Notes: a model not told the origin generated them from the sequence alone. A DNA stretch of 64,000 nt from Camelus dromedarius (GCF_036321535.1 NC_087437.1:88662001-88726000); one strand, 5' to 3'. Counted from the stretch's first letter, positions 13,568 to 26,469 are shown. Numbers and translations: made by a program.

Positions 13568-14510
13568 TTTTGTTTTGTTTTGTTTTGTTTTGTTTTGTTT
13601 TGTTTTTACATATATTTTTATTGAAGTATAGTCAGTTTACAATGTGTCCATTTCTGGTGTACAGCATAATGTTTCAGTGATACATGAAAATACATATATT
13701 CATTTTCATATTTTTTATAATCATAAGTTATAAGATATTGAATATGGTTCCCTGTGCTATACATTATGAACTTGTTGTTTATCTATTTTATACATTAGTT
13801 AGTATCTGCAAATTTCAAACTCTCAATTTATCCCTTCCCACCCCACCCCTTACCTCACTGGTAACTGTAAGTTTGTTTTCTGCGTCTGTGAGTCTGTTCT
13901 ATTTTATAAATAAAGTTTGTTTGTCTTTTTTTTTTTCTTTTAGATTCCACATATAAGTGATATCATATGGTATTTTTCTTTCTGTTTCTGGCTTACTTCA
14001 CTTTGAATGACAATCTCCAGGTCCATTCATGTTGCTGCAAATAGCATCATTTTATTACTTTTTATGGCTGAGTAGTATTCCATTGTATAAATATACCACA
14101 ACTTCTTTATCCAGTCATATGTGGATGGACATTTAGGTTGATTCCTTGTCTTGGCTATTGTAAATAGTGCTGCTATGAACATTGGGGTTCAGGTATCTTT
14201 TTGAATTAAGGTACCTTCTGGATATATGCCCAGGAGTGGGATTGCTGGATCATATGGTAAGTCTATTCCTAGTCTTTTGAGGAATCTCCATACTGTTTTC
14301 CACAGTGGCTGTACCAAACTGCATTCCCACCAGCAGTGTAGGAGGGTTCCCTTTTCTCCACAGCCTCTCCAGCATTTGTCATTTGTGGACTTTTGAATGA
14401 TGGCCATTCTGACTGGTCTGAGGTGATACCTCATTGTAGTTTTGATTTGCATTTCTCTGATAATGAGCAATATTGAGCATCTTTTCAAGTGCCTGTTGGC
14501 CATCTGGATG
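13568..14510 (-). mobile_element. L1 3' end: ORF2 C-terminus, 3' UTR and (CAAAA)n tail
   Basis: ORF 14189..14539(-) encodes [12 protein letters not shown]...[11 protein letters not shown]...[19 protein letters not shown]...[14 protein letters not shown], the L1 ORF2 cysteine-rich C-terminus; ORF2 stop near 13940; tail (ttttg)n at 13568-13608. Confidence 0.95.
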
Positions 14511-14595
14511 GGAGACAGGGTCTTTACAGAAGTGATCACATTAAAATGAGGTCATGACAGTAGGCCCTAATCCAATATGACTGGTGTCCTTACAC
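14511..14595 (+). mobile_element. Isolated MLT1 (MLT1B/C-like) LTR fragment at the L1 inversion junction
   Basis: agggtctttacagaagtgatcacattaaaatgaggtcat...ggccctaatccaatatgactggtgtcctta resembles the MLT1B/C interior; the rest of the LTR is not in the flanks. Confidence 0.8.
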
Positions 14596-15418
14596 GAAAA
14601 AAAAGGAAAAAAAAAAGACCGCATAGAGATTAAACAAGATGCTACCAAAAAAAAAAAAAGAAAAGGTCAACAATAAAGTCAAAGAAGAAATTAAAAAATA
14701 CCTTGAGACAAACAATAGTGAAAAGACAACCATATAAAATCTATAGTATGCAGCAAAAAGCAGTCCTAAGAGGGAAGTTCATAGCAATTATAGGCCTTCC
14801 TGAAAAAAGAAGAACAATCTCAAATAAACAACCTAACCTACCACCTAAAAGACTTAAAAAAAGAACATACAAAACCTAAAGTCAGCAGAAGGTAAGAAAT
14901 AATAAACATCAGGGAGGAAATAAATAAAATAGAGATTAAAAAAAATAGAAAAAAATCAATTAAACCAAGAGGGGTTTTTATGAAAGAGTAAACAAAATCG
15001 ACAAACCTCTGGCCAGGCTCACCAAGAAGAAAAGAGAGAGGACACAAATAAACAAAATAAGAAATGAAAATGTAAAAATTACAACCAACACCACAGAAAT
15101 ACAAAAGATCATAAGAGAACACTATGAACAACCATATGGCAATAAATTGGACAATTTAGAGGAAATGGACAAGTTTCTAGAAACATACAGTCCACAAAAA
15201 CTGAATCAAGAAGAAAGAGATCATTTGAACAGACCAATCACTAAAAATGAAACAGAATCAGCAATAAAAAAAACAAAAAAACCCTGCAAAAAAAAGTTAG
15301 GACCAGATGGCTCCACTGGGGAATTCTATCAAACATACAAAGAAGAGCTCATACTGATCCTTCTCAAAATCTTCCAAAAGATTGAAGAGGAGGGCACACT
15401 CCCAAACTCATTCTATGA
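14596..15418 (+). mobile_element. L1 ORF2 internal segment (post-endonuclease to start of RT), opposite orientation, disrupted
   Basis: ORF 15147..15446 [14 protein letters not shown]...LNQEE...LNRPIT...[16 protein letters not shown]...[12 protein letters not shown] is canonical L1 ORF2; upstream part has stops/frameshifts. Confidence 0.95.
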
Positions 15419-15984
15419 TTGCCAACTGTTAGGCCATGTACTTTAACACTTTCTCCCCAAGGAGGGGGAAGAATCTCAGTGTATCATCAAGGAGGGAGGC
15501 TGGGTTCTGCGTCATTCTCCATTGCGTGCAGACTGGCTGACTCTCTGCTCAGATGCTATCTTGCTCAGTGATCTGCCTACAAGGATTGCCAAGGGGGCTC
15601 TTGGGAGCAGAGAGCTAGTCATTCCTTAACTATTTAATTCTTCATTCTTCTTTTTTATCTAGGAAAAGAATCAACAGTTTAATTAGGTTCTTTCATGGTT
15701 AGAGGGGAACAGGAATGGGCAAACAGGAAAGGAGCAAAGAGCTGTTTCCACTTCCCCACCATCAAACATCGTTCTATTTCTGTAGGATTAGGGGTGAGGG
15801 TCCATCTCCTGTAACTTCTCCACGCTGACATAGGGCACTGTGTCTCAAAGGGGAAGATGCCAACATGGGTCTGTAGCATCTCTTTGCTGACAATTTTAGG
15901 TGCCCACTTACATATACAAGCAGAGCAAGCTACAATTATTTTGATGCCCACAAAGATATAGATCATTATGAGCAGTAACATTAA

Positions 15985-16203
15985 TTCCATTCTCCTGAGG
16001 CCAGTTTTTGGAATGGTGCTGGCCTTAGAGTCAGTGCTGCTCAAGATGGAGCAGCTCACATCATGTCCTCTGGCGGCAGTTACAGTGTCTGTAAAACAAC
16101 TCAGGAATATGTTTCAGACACTTTGAGTCTGTGAATATATTGTCCTAATCATTAAGTGCTCGATTTTGTACTTGGGGGCCCTGCAGGGTTCTGCTCAGTT
16201 CCA
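15985..16203 (-). mobile_element. ERV1-class LTR fragment
   Basis: Reverse strand starts TGGAACTGAGCAGAACCCTGCAGGGCC and contains atattcctgagttgttttacagac; similar to the start of the LTRs at 49823/54790 (TGTAACCGAGCAGGACCCTGTGGGGCC); left boundary uncertain. Confidence 0.7.
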
Positions 16204-16214
16204 AATCTACGTTT

Positions 16215-16385
16215 ATAGTCCATATGGTGACATGAAAATTCATTTAACTGAAGTCTTAGTTTCTATCTGTAAAATGGGACTGATTATAGTGTCTCTTATG
16301 ATTAAGTATAAGATGCATGTACTTAGCAAAATATGTAGTGTGTAGGAAATGTTCAGGAAATATTAGCTGTTTTTATTATTACCAG
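16215..16385 (+). mobile_element. MIR fragment
   Basis: tcttagtttctatctgtaaaatgggactgattatag...aggaaatattagctgtttttattatt. Confidence 0.75.
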
Positions 16386-16437
16386 CTTTCTGCCTCCTCC
16401 CCTTAGATTCTTTCTCTGCTTAACAAACTGATGCCTA

Positions 16438-16610
16438 CTGTATTTCAGACTCCAGCAATTTCAAGATGGATCACTACATTATGTACCAATGAAATGAAAA
16501 AACACTACTGCTAACTAAAATATCAGACGTTATAGATTATAAAATGTATCTTAATTTTAAAGATGTAAAAATGTAAATTAAATGTGCATTTTAGAATCAA
16601 TAAATGTAAT
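16438..16610. mobile_element. MER104-like Tc2 DNA transposon relic
   Basis: Starts ctgtatttca and ends aaagatgtaaaaatgtaaattaaatgtgcattttagaatcaataaat, as in MER104. Confidence 0.6.
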
Positions 16611-16654
16611 AAGCAAACAGTCTGTTTTGAGGTATTAATGGGAGCCAACTAGAA

Positions 16655-16848
16655 GATCCTTTTTTAAATTTGGACATGCGTAGAATCACCTGACAATCTT
16701 TTTGAAATGCAGATTTGATTAAGAAAAATCAATTTCTGAATTAGTTTCTGAATTTCTTGAATTGAGCCTGAGATTCTACATTTTTAAGGAGAGCAAGCAG
16801 GTGATACAGATGCTGCTGGTTTGGGGTCCTCACCTTGAATAACAAAGA
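16655..16848. mobile_element. MER5-type hAT-Charlie relic
   Basis: tagaatcacctg...aaatgcagatt...gcctgagattctacatttttaa...ggtgatacagatgctgctggtttgggg. Confidence 0.75.
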
Positions 16849-17027
16849 ACAGAATTCTATCATCCTAGCTAAAGGCATGTCCTGAAGACAATGCTCTCAT
16901 CAGAATGGTAACAAAGGTATTTCAAACTGCCTATGCTGCATACCAGGAATATCTGTTAGATCACAGCTTCCCTCTTTGTTCTCCCTTCTTTTCCACCACT
17001 CGTCTCTTTCTGTTCCTCAGCCCCCAC

Positions 17028-17049
17028 CTCTCTCTCTCTCTCTCTCTTT

Positions 17050-17096
<47 letters not shown>

Positions 17097-17098
17097 AC
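17028..17098. repeat. Compound (CT)n(CA)n microsatellite
   Basis: Direct reading. Confidence 0.95.
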
Positions 17099-18655
17099 GG
17101 AAACACAGTGAATCACTCTGACTTTAGTGCTGAGCTAAACTTTTTGGAAGATCTCTTGATTTTTGTCAGGACGCAAACATTTCCCCTTTCTTAAACAGCG
17201 CCACAAAGCAACAGTGTAATGCACAAGGCAGAAAGAAGTTTATTTGGACAATGTCCTTTTGTTTGGTATTCTAACAGAACTCTAGGCTCATCAGGCCTAA
17301 TGCCATAGGGTTAGCAAGAGTCCTTGCCTTTCGGGGAAGATTTTGCCTTGCAGCAAGTTAATCCATAGACCAGAGAGGACGATGTTTTATTTGACCAACA
17401 GATGGCAGTAGCAGTCTCTCTTTTCCTGTTGCAGTAATCAGAAAATTGAAACTAAACTGCTCCTAAGATCTCTCTAAGAGCACTCATCAACTTTTTCCAG
17501 GTTCCTTGAGTTCTTGGCTGATTTCAAAACGTTATCTCACTCTTTGAGCACTGGACCACTTAATCACTCTTATAAAATGTAACCCTATTTTCAGGAGACA
17601 TGCTACCTACCAAATCCATATTTGCCTAATTCAAATGAAAAACCAGAACACCGTGACTGTCTCATTTCCAGTGTGCATAATTTTTTATTTTACGCATCTG
17701 GATATTTTGGATACACTGAAAATATATTTCTTTAAATTAAAAAGGAGAACTCATTTTTTTTTGAAAATTACATATGTTTGCAAATGAGCCAGAGTAAATC
17801 ATTTCACCAATCTCCATCAAGATACAATTTTTAGAACTATGCAGTTGTACATGGCAAAGATCTCAAACATGTTTCTATCTAGAGTGTCTCTGAGAATATG
17901 TATTACTTTTGTTAGTAGATTTTGATATGATGTTTTATCTGCTAAGCCTGCTCAGTACTCATTTTACAGACCTCTTTACTATTGGGCAGAACTATATTTT
18001 AATATCTTTTTATAGAATTTCAGTTAAGTGATATAGAAAAAAATACCTAATCCTCAGTGTTTTATAAGAGGGCACACGTGAAAACTATATATAATTTGCT
18101 TAGCATTCTAGAATTATAAGCAATTATATATGTATAACTGTTTTCTGTTTAATAACCACCATTTAACTACCACATGCCTGAGCACCATAATTTAGGTGCT
18201 AACCTTAAATTTAAACTCAGAATATTATTAATATATTTCAAGCTATTATCAAGACAGATAAATTTAATTCAAGGAAGGAGCCAAAATATGTCCACAAAGC
18301 AGAAAGTGGAATGGAGCAATGTGAAGACGTCAGATCTTAGATTCTCAAACTGTTACCCTTAACTCCAAAAATCTAAGTCATTTATTTGATTCATATAGGC
18401 CAATAAAGAGAAGTCCCATAGAATTTCATTTGTTTGTACTACTAAGGGTAACATACTTACTCTTAAGGACAGTTAAGGGAGATACGTTCAACTCGGGAGG
18501 ATAATTACTGGTCTTCAAGGTAGGACTACCGAACTATTCTGCAAACTTCCTATTGTAGACACTCACGGATCACCAGAATTAGTGGTTTTCTGGAAGTACG
18601 CTATGTCGTGACTCATCTTGATCTTCAGTTGGTTAGGGTCTTTTGCTTCTCACAG

Positions 18656-18657
<2 letters not shown>

Positions 18658-18717
<60 letters not shown>

Positions 18718-18735
18718 ACACCTGTGTCTGTGTGT
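18658..18735. repeat. (TG)n microsatellite
   Basis: Direct reading. Confidence 0.95.
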
Positions 18736-21700
18736 AAGTTATGGTGAGCTTAGCTTCTTCACTATTGATTTAATTCATTGTGGATTGCTGTTTATACAAC
18801 AATAGAGGGTAAGAATTGCCTATTTGGGGCTTTATATATATTACATATGTTTTATATAAATGTACATTTTGGCTTTATATATATTTATATATACATACAT
18901 AACTGGCTTTGTAGTAATTAAAATTTAAGACTTGTATACGTTGTAGTTAAAATATAAATCACTCATATATCTGCTTCTAAGGCAAGTAGCCGCACCATCT
19001 CTTCCTAGCTCTGAATTTTGGTTAACTTGCAACAAAATGGAGAGCAATTCCCACTTATCTGCAGATGGATGAATTTTTTGTTTTGAGTCATTTAACTTAA
19101 GATATATTATAAAAATAAGTAAAATAAAATTCTTGAGTTATTTAAAAAATGTATATAGGATATTGTCTCACAAAATAAAAGAACACATGGGGCAGGCAGA
19201 TCCCAGGATCCTTTAGTCTCCTTCCGTGAATGGTGGTCTGTGCCTTTGAGGCCTCTCTGACTGCAGGAAGCCAGGAGACAGCGCAAAGGTACGGAGAGTC
19301 AGAGGAAAAGGAGGCTTCCCAGGGGGAGCAGGTGAACGTGGTGTTGAAGGGAAGGGCTGCTGAAGGCAAACACGGATCGTCTCTCAGAGGCAGGCTTGAC
19401 CCTGTTCACCTCATTCTAAACTTCCACAATTTCTTATATTCTACTTTTGGCTTTTATTAAATGTTAAGCTTGTACATCAGAACATAAGCGAGTCTGTGGA
19501 TACAGAGAAAGGAGATGTCCAGTCTGGATCAGGAAAGTTAAAGTGGATTTTGGGTGGAGGAAGAGAATGCTGTAAAACACATTTAGGGTTGACTAGTACA
19601 CAATACGTTAGAAAAAACATTTGTGCGTGTACATGTAGATGGCTCTAAAGCCTTATATATGTGTATGTGTAAGAATGGGTACTGTTGAATATTTAATTTC
19701 TTAAAGAAACTGAGGCAAGAAACTGTCAACATGAATATTATTGATGTCATCAATTCTAGAACCATCTTGCTCGGGGCCACTGAGGACTTCTAGCTTTCAA
19801 GCACATTTCATGTATATTTTGACTGTTAACTTCCACAAGGAGTGAATCCCTATGGATATAGGCTGTGAAAGGGAACATATAAAGCAATAATTTTTTTCTT
19901 GTAAAATGTCCGTTTGTCAAAGAGAGAAATAACTCTGTGTGCTGTAAAATTTGCCTTGCCTTAGAAACTATTCAAAAATGTTTTTATATTAGCATTTTTC
20001 TATCTGCTAAATGAAAATACAAGGTTTATTAAATCAATGTGCAAGATACAAAAAGTTTTTTTTTTAAATAAGTGGTGCTTAAGATATATAGACGTTTCTT
20101 GCTACCAGTGGACTTAAATTTGAAGGTTTGTGCCGTATCAAAGAATTTTCAAGAGCAGTGCATTTTATTAAAGATGTGAAAATTTAACTATAATGTCAAA
20201 TTAATATCTATAATGGTAATTAGAAAAATAAAATGAAGGTAATTATGGGGAAATAAAGCCACACAGGGAACTGAGTTGGCTGAGGTCAAGTTAAGTCTTC
20301 CCCTGTCATTGTCTATTTGTTTTTCCTTTTTGAGGTAGGGAAAGTGCTAGAAAGTAAACAAGAAAAATTATAACTCCTTATTAATTGACAGCTAATAGGT
20401 GTTTTTATTCTAATTGCACACACACCCTATTAAACTGAAACTATGAACAGGATTTTCATTTTATTTGTTAGAAGAATTCTGAAACTAGTGATTTCAGGAG
20501 AGCAGATGGACTTGGATAAGGGCTCATTAGGGTTAGCCCTTGGAGAGGAAGGAAGGATGCAGGGGAGGGAGGAAAGGCTGCATGGAAAGGTGGAGAGAAA
20601 GGGAGGGAGCAGAGAAAGAGGAGGGACAGCAGGAGATGGATGCAGGTGGGCGTGCCAGCCTCCCTGGAGTAATGTTTTCCCCCAGGCCTGTCTCCAGGAG
20701 ATGCAGGCGGATTCTACACTATTTTAAACACACTATTGAAAAGAGTCTCTCTGCATCACAAAATTAAAAAAAAACAACAAAAAAAGGGCAAGTTACAGTA
20801 AAGAGTAGTGAAGATGGTTGTTTAATGATTTATCTTAGTGTATACAATGTGAAATGGTATCAAGATAGGGACTTTGATTGTGAGAGCATCTTGTCTATGG
20901 GGTGGCCCATGAGGAAGTAATTGATTTGCTTTTCTTCAGGTATAGAAACTGCATGAGCCCAGATCCTTCTCCTTTGAGCAGATGCTTATGGCCTGTATTA
21001 ACTATGCCATGTAGACCAGGCAAACTTGCCCTAGAGTGAACGTGTGGAAGGATCTCTCGTTTGTCTTAGCAAAACAGCTGGAATCACAGTCTTCAGAGCC
21101 CTGGGAATGAGGCCATTCAGTTTATATGAGGAACCTAGAGGTGGACCCTCCCCGACATCCCCCAGACACACAAAAGCCTCAGGAAAGCTGGGGGACACAG
21201 GACCTGTGGCCCAGCTCTAGCACCAGGTAGGAAGAGAAAGAAGCATAAGGATTCTGGGTCCAGACTGCATCCCCACAGTGGCAGGGCTGGAACCAAATGT
21301 GTTCGTTTTCAGGAGTTACAAAATTGCAACTCATAACTTTAAGGGTCTGGAACCAGCTTGACTCATGTACAGTTGCCTCTTGAACAGCTGCTGTAGCCTG
21401 ACCATGGCCTCGCCCTGCCCCTTTGAGGAGGCCTTGCACCGTGTGCATTTAGGCAGTGAGATGAAAAGGCTGTGAGGACCCTGGCCAGTCAGCTGGGGAG
21501 GAAACACCACAGGGCCACCACCCTAGGTCTTTGGTGTGACTTTGGGGCTATTTTGCCCTAGCCTCTCGCGACACGGGGCAGGTTGTAAAGTAGAGTGTGA
21601 TGGTTCAAATACCGAATTTAGAAAACAGCTAACCTAACTGGGAAAAGCTGGGTTGTTACTGGGGGCAAAGCAAACAGAAATGGAATTGGACCCCTCTTCC

Positions 21701-21894
21701 CCTCCCCGGCTGGGAGGTTTCTGCTTTAACTGGAAAGCTCTGCTTCTCTGTTGTGGCCTCCACGAGGCAGTTTCTAGACTCCACATTCCAAGTTGTGTTA
21801 CTTGGGAAACTGAGTTTTGTTCCCCATCTTTAAGATTTAAAAAACAAAATCAAAGCTCTTAAGGAAGAGCTTTGACTGACGTTGCTTAATGGGT

Positions 21895-22070
21895 CAGGAT
21901 TTGTCACCTCGGCTTACTGACACCCCAGGGCCAGCTAACTGACTGCATATTGTGGATGGTAGTCCTATCATAGGAGGTTTAGCTGCACCCCCGGCTTCTA
22001 CCCACTAGGTGCCAGTAGCCGAATGTCTCCTGGTGGACAAAATTAGCCCCTGATTAAAAACCATTGCCTT
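21895..22070. mobile_element. MER20 hAT-Charlie relic
   Basis: cctcggcttactgaca...ggaggtttagctgcacccccggcttctacccactaggtgccagtagc...acaaaattagcccctgattaaaaaccattg. Confidence 0.75.
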
Positions 22071-24269
22071 AATCCCATTGTCAGAAATATAGGATCACAT
22101 TATATCAGAGCAGGGTGTTGAGGTGAGACTGGGAGAAAGAATAAATCCTCAATTTATTGTGAACTGTGCAGCCACCCCAATTTGAAACTTCTGTGCACCT
22201 TAAGCTTTCCATTTGTCTTTTTCATTTATGCTGTCTCTAAGCTTCTGCACCAATATATCCCCTAGTCCTATTGTCACGTGGTTATCCCATTACCATGGAA
22301 AGCTATTTAAAAGGTTGGATTAATAAAGAATAAGAATTGGGTAAAAGACTGGAGAACAATTTTCATAATATCTACCCACTCTGAAACATGATAACATACA
22401 TGTTCAAGCAATTTATCTCACATGGAACATAAGAAAAATCATTAGCCATAAATAGATTTATATACTAATGTCTTCCTTTGACAAGAGGGAGAACAAATTA
22501 TTGTTTTTCTATTTTCCTTATACCAAGGAAAATCACTTTTTCACTGGTTAGAAAAGGGGAGCAAAGGAAAGACTACTTGTTATCACTGCGAAGGTCAGGT
22601 AAGTAGTTCTGAATGTTTCACAGAATAGACATCCGTATGGTTATCTGAACTAACTAAACAAGCTCATGTGTTGTTCACATATTATTTTACACATTAGGGT
22701 CTATTTATTAAGTAAGTTTACATGATTCTGCTCAATTTCTTGTTCACACACACTGCAATTAAGTCTTAGGAGCCTACACCATATCACTGTGTAGTGTCTA
22801 CTCATTAGGCCTTGTGAAGGGGGACATAACAAGGCATGTGAGAAGGTAATCACGAGAATTCTGGCTGCCTGACTTTATAGCATCAAAGGAGAAAAAGACC
22901 TAACCCACCCAAGAGGGCCTCAGAAAATGATCAGAGCCGGTGTTTTGTCCTTGAAATTTCTGCTATTCTTTTGATTTATAAGCAGTCTAAAGAAGACTCC
23001 TATAAATTAAAACATATACTCCTGCATCTTAATTTTCATACAGACCCCAGTGGTAGATTTACAGTCATTCAAGACCTACTTCATCATAATTAAATTGTAC
23101 TTGTCAGCTTTTTATTGCTATTCTTGGAGATAAATCCTTATCTTGGAGGTTCCCACAGTGATTATCATCATGGCCTCTTGCTTTTATCACGGAGAAGGGA
23201 TTCTGACAGAATCATAACTCCTGCCGATCTTGTATGACTTCCCTCAGCTCCATCTCTTCATCACAAGACATTATTATTTTGTTATCTAAAAATATTCCGA
23301 TTGCTCTTGTTTCTTCGAAGTTTTCCAGAGCTGTTTTTCTCTCTCATTCTCTTTCCTTCCCTCCCTTCCATTCCTTCCATCTTCTTCTAAGAAATAAAAA
23401 TGTTAATTTTCCTTGACCTTGTTGATAATCACACAACTTCCTGTTCTGCTGTGTTTAATGGAAGTTTGCTACCAGATTACTCACTGGAGAGTAATAAATA
23501 TTCTTGCTGCAAATATGATGATCTATGATGAGGAAAAATATCCTTTATCCCTAATCTGCCCTACACAAGAATAAAACTGCATATGCAGTCCTTTCATTCT
23601 CATTTTTCCCCTGAAAGACAGTTCTTTTTAGAGTTTTAATGTAATTTAGATATAACTTTCCAGAGAATACCATCATCAAATTAGGGAAAACAAAAAATAT
23701 TTTTGTTGTTATTGGTTATAATTTGACAGTCTATTTTTATGAAGCAGAAGTATTTTATAAACATTATGAAATGATTCCTGTTTATTTTCTACATTTAGAT
23801 AGTGAGTTATATAGCAAACCAAGGAGCTAAGACTTCAGCATATCTTTTAACATGATTTAACCCACAACAAACACTGTCCCACACTGATAAGTTAGTAAAG
23901 CCTTGGTACACAGCACCTCAGCAGTACTTTTTCTTCTACTAACATCTTATGGGAATTTACCCTGTGGATAAACAGAAATGTAAACTACAGTTATACACAA
24001 AAATTTTATTTGTAGCATTATTAATGGAAGTATTTAGAAGGGATCCGTAAGGAAAAATGGGGAAAGACTGAATACTTTTTGTACCTCCTTAGGATGAAAT
24101 ATTACAAAGCCACTAAAAATATTTATAGTTTTTTAATGTTCAGAATCACAGAGACTCCAACAAAAAAGCAGTTAGGTTATATTTTCTACAATAAAATTAG
24201 CCCCAAATCAAAGAAAACCAACAAGTATACAGCATCAACAACAAAGTATCATTGGTAAGTGAAAAAGGA

Positions 24270-24625
24270 GATGGGCATTCTTCCATGGTGCCAACAGAAA
24301 TATAAAGTGCTAAACAGCTTCCTGGAAGGTCATTTGGCAACATATTTCAATGCCTTTGCTTCACCAGTTTCACCTCTAGGAACTTTAAATAAATAAATAA
24401 TCTTGGATATGCACAAAAATTGATCCATGAGACTGTTTACTAAATTGTATTGAAAAATTACAGACAAATTATTCAATAGCAAGAAACAAAATTTAATAAG
24501 CAATAAGACATCCAGATAATAAAATACTGCACATTTAATGACATGGGACGATGGGAGATACACATTTTAAAGAGGAAAAAAGAAAACTATAAGATAGTAT
24601 TTATAATATTATCTCACTTGTATAA
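24270..24625 (+). mobile_element. Old L1 (L1ME-like) fragment
   Basis: ctggaaggtcatttggcaacatatttcaa...ccagtttcacctctaggaact...gatatgcacaaaaat, L1 3' region. Confidence 0.6.
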
Positions 24626-25699
24626 TAAAGCCAATCTTTGAGTGTAGAAGAGAAGATGGGTCTCTAAACCAGATTTTAAGAGGGATGAGATGGTGGAGAC
24701 TGCTACACGTGCTCTTGAGGATTTAATAAGTTAAAACAGCTTTCAAAAACATACCATTTGCTTTCTTGAAGTTGTTCACTGGCTCAAAAAGAATTTTATG
24801 ACCATGTTCATGTTGGATACCTTTGTAGCACTGGAGGAGATGATTACTTGAAGTATGTTGATATTCAGCAGTGGGGAGGACCAAAAGGAAACTTCATTTT
24901 GTTCTATTTTCTAGAAGACACGTATGATTCAATCAGAAAATGGGAAATTTCATGTTTATAATATTTAGCTTCCACACATAAAAAAATAATACAATTTTGA
25001 CTATTATCATAAAAAAAAGATTTCTTAGTTGCCAGGTATCTGAAAGCTAGAAAAGGATATTCTGGAAATAAATTAAGCCTGTAACTAAGTAAAAATGAAT
25101 AAAATTACATTTAAAGTATGTTAGTCTAAAAATTGCAAGGTTTTTTGGGTTTAGAGATTACTTGATTAAAAAGTGGATTACATATGAAAAACATTAGGAT
25201 ATTTTTCTTAGAAATAACCGCAAGTTGGGTTCTGTGCAACATCATCACAATGTTGGAACTTCTTTTCTTACTCTGTTAAATTTGTGGCTCAATTATTCTA
25301 ATTCTCAATAGGCCATACTTGATTTTTATTCTGCAGCCCTTTCTGTGTGGTCACGGTTTTAACATTGCTGTCTTGTTCCAAGACACATGAGTGCCAAACA
25401 AACCTCACTAACTTGTAAGAAGACAGTGTTTCACTCTTCTTGTTCTGTTCCTTGCCCTTAACTCATGAAGGTCTTTGTATAAAATCAAGAAGTTGGCTAT
25501 ATATTTTAGAACGAGCCAGAAGGATCCTCGCAGCTACATATAACAGATTTTTATGCTCACATAAGTTTCTCTTACTCCTTCCAACAGTTTGGTTGGTGGA
25601 CAGTTGCTGTACATTTAATATGGTTTGTTCTTTTGAACATCTCCCTTCGTAAAATGGGAACTAGAGGTGAGCCCTCCTCATGGAGCCTGTTAACACTGA

Positions 25700-26058
25700 C
25701 TCCTGGCTTAAATCATCCAATGGGATTTTTATGCTCAGACAAGACCTATGATGTTTCTTCCGACAACCTGTCTGATGACGGTTGGTCTCTCGCCAGGCGG
25801 GCTTTTCCATAGCAGCGGTGTGCTTCCAGGGGGAGGAATCCAAGAGAGCGGGTCAGAGGGAAACCCTGCCAGGACAGAAGCCCCAGTCTTTCCATAACTT
25901 CACCTCAGAAGTGACATCCCGTCCCTTCTGCCATTTTCTAGTCATTAGAAGAGAATCAGTCAGTCCATTCCACATTCTAGATGAAGGAATTACCCCGTCG
26001 TGTAAATTCGGGGAGGAAAGAATCATTGGGGCCATCTTACCAACCAAAACACCAACCA
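25700..26058 (-). mobile_element. MaLR LTR (MLT1F-like)
   Basis: cctcagaagtgacatcccgtcccttctgccattttcta...gtccattccacattc...gaatcattggggccatctta. Confidence 0.7.
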
Positions 26059-26469
26059 GAGTTTGAGAGAAAAAAATCAAGTAGTCTAGGTAAATGGCTG
26101 AAGAGATATTTATTTGGAAATGGATTTCAGTGGCTAGATGTCAGGACCCAGGCAGTGAGGGGCTGGCCAGAGCAAGGTGTAACTCCAACCATAGAGCTGG
26201 CATTGTGAAGACGGGCCCACATGTCCAGATGACGGCAGAAACACTAAGGAAATAAGAACCTAAGCTTAGGCCTGGGAACTGGGCACACGGACAGGGAAAC
26301 GTTGTGACTCAGAAGCTAGCTTGGAGGCCGTTTGTACCTGCGGGGCAATCTCTGCTAAACTCCATTGCTTCAGTTCAGGAACTGGATAAAGAAAGGGGTT
26401 ATGAATCTGGAAAGCTTCAGTGGCTCAGCTTTGAGAATCAGAAAAAGGCAGGGTTGACATGAACCACAG

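Noticed and set aside
14189..15446. ORFs as host protein-coding genes
   Set aside because: They are fragments of L1 ORF2 in opposite orientations with flanking stops
16905..18805. HT-repeat and CV-repeat ORFs
   Set aside because: Translation of (CA)n/(TG)n microsatellites
20530..20650. Purine-rich tract as a G-quadruplex or triplex element
   Set aside because: Irregular G-runs with long loops; ordinary low-complexity sequence without further support
24769..24961. ~63-codon open frame (SCSLAQKEFYDHVHVGY...)
   Set aside because: No start codon, no convincing donor and no recognisable homology
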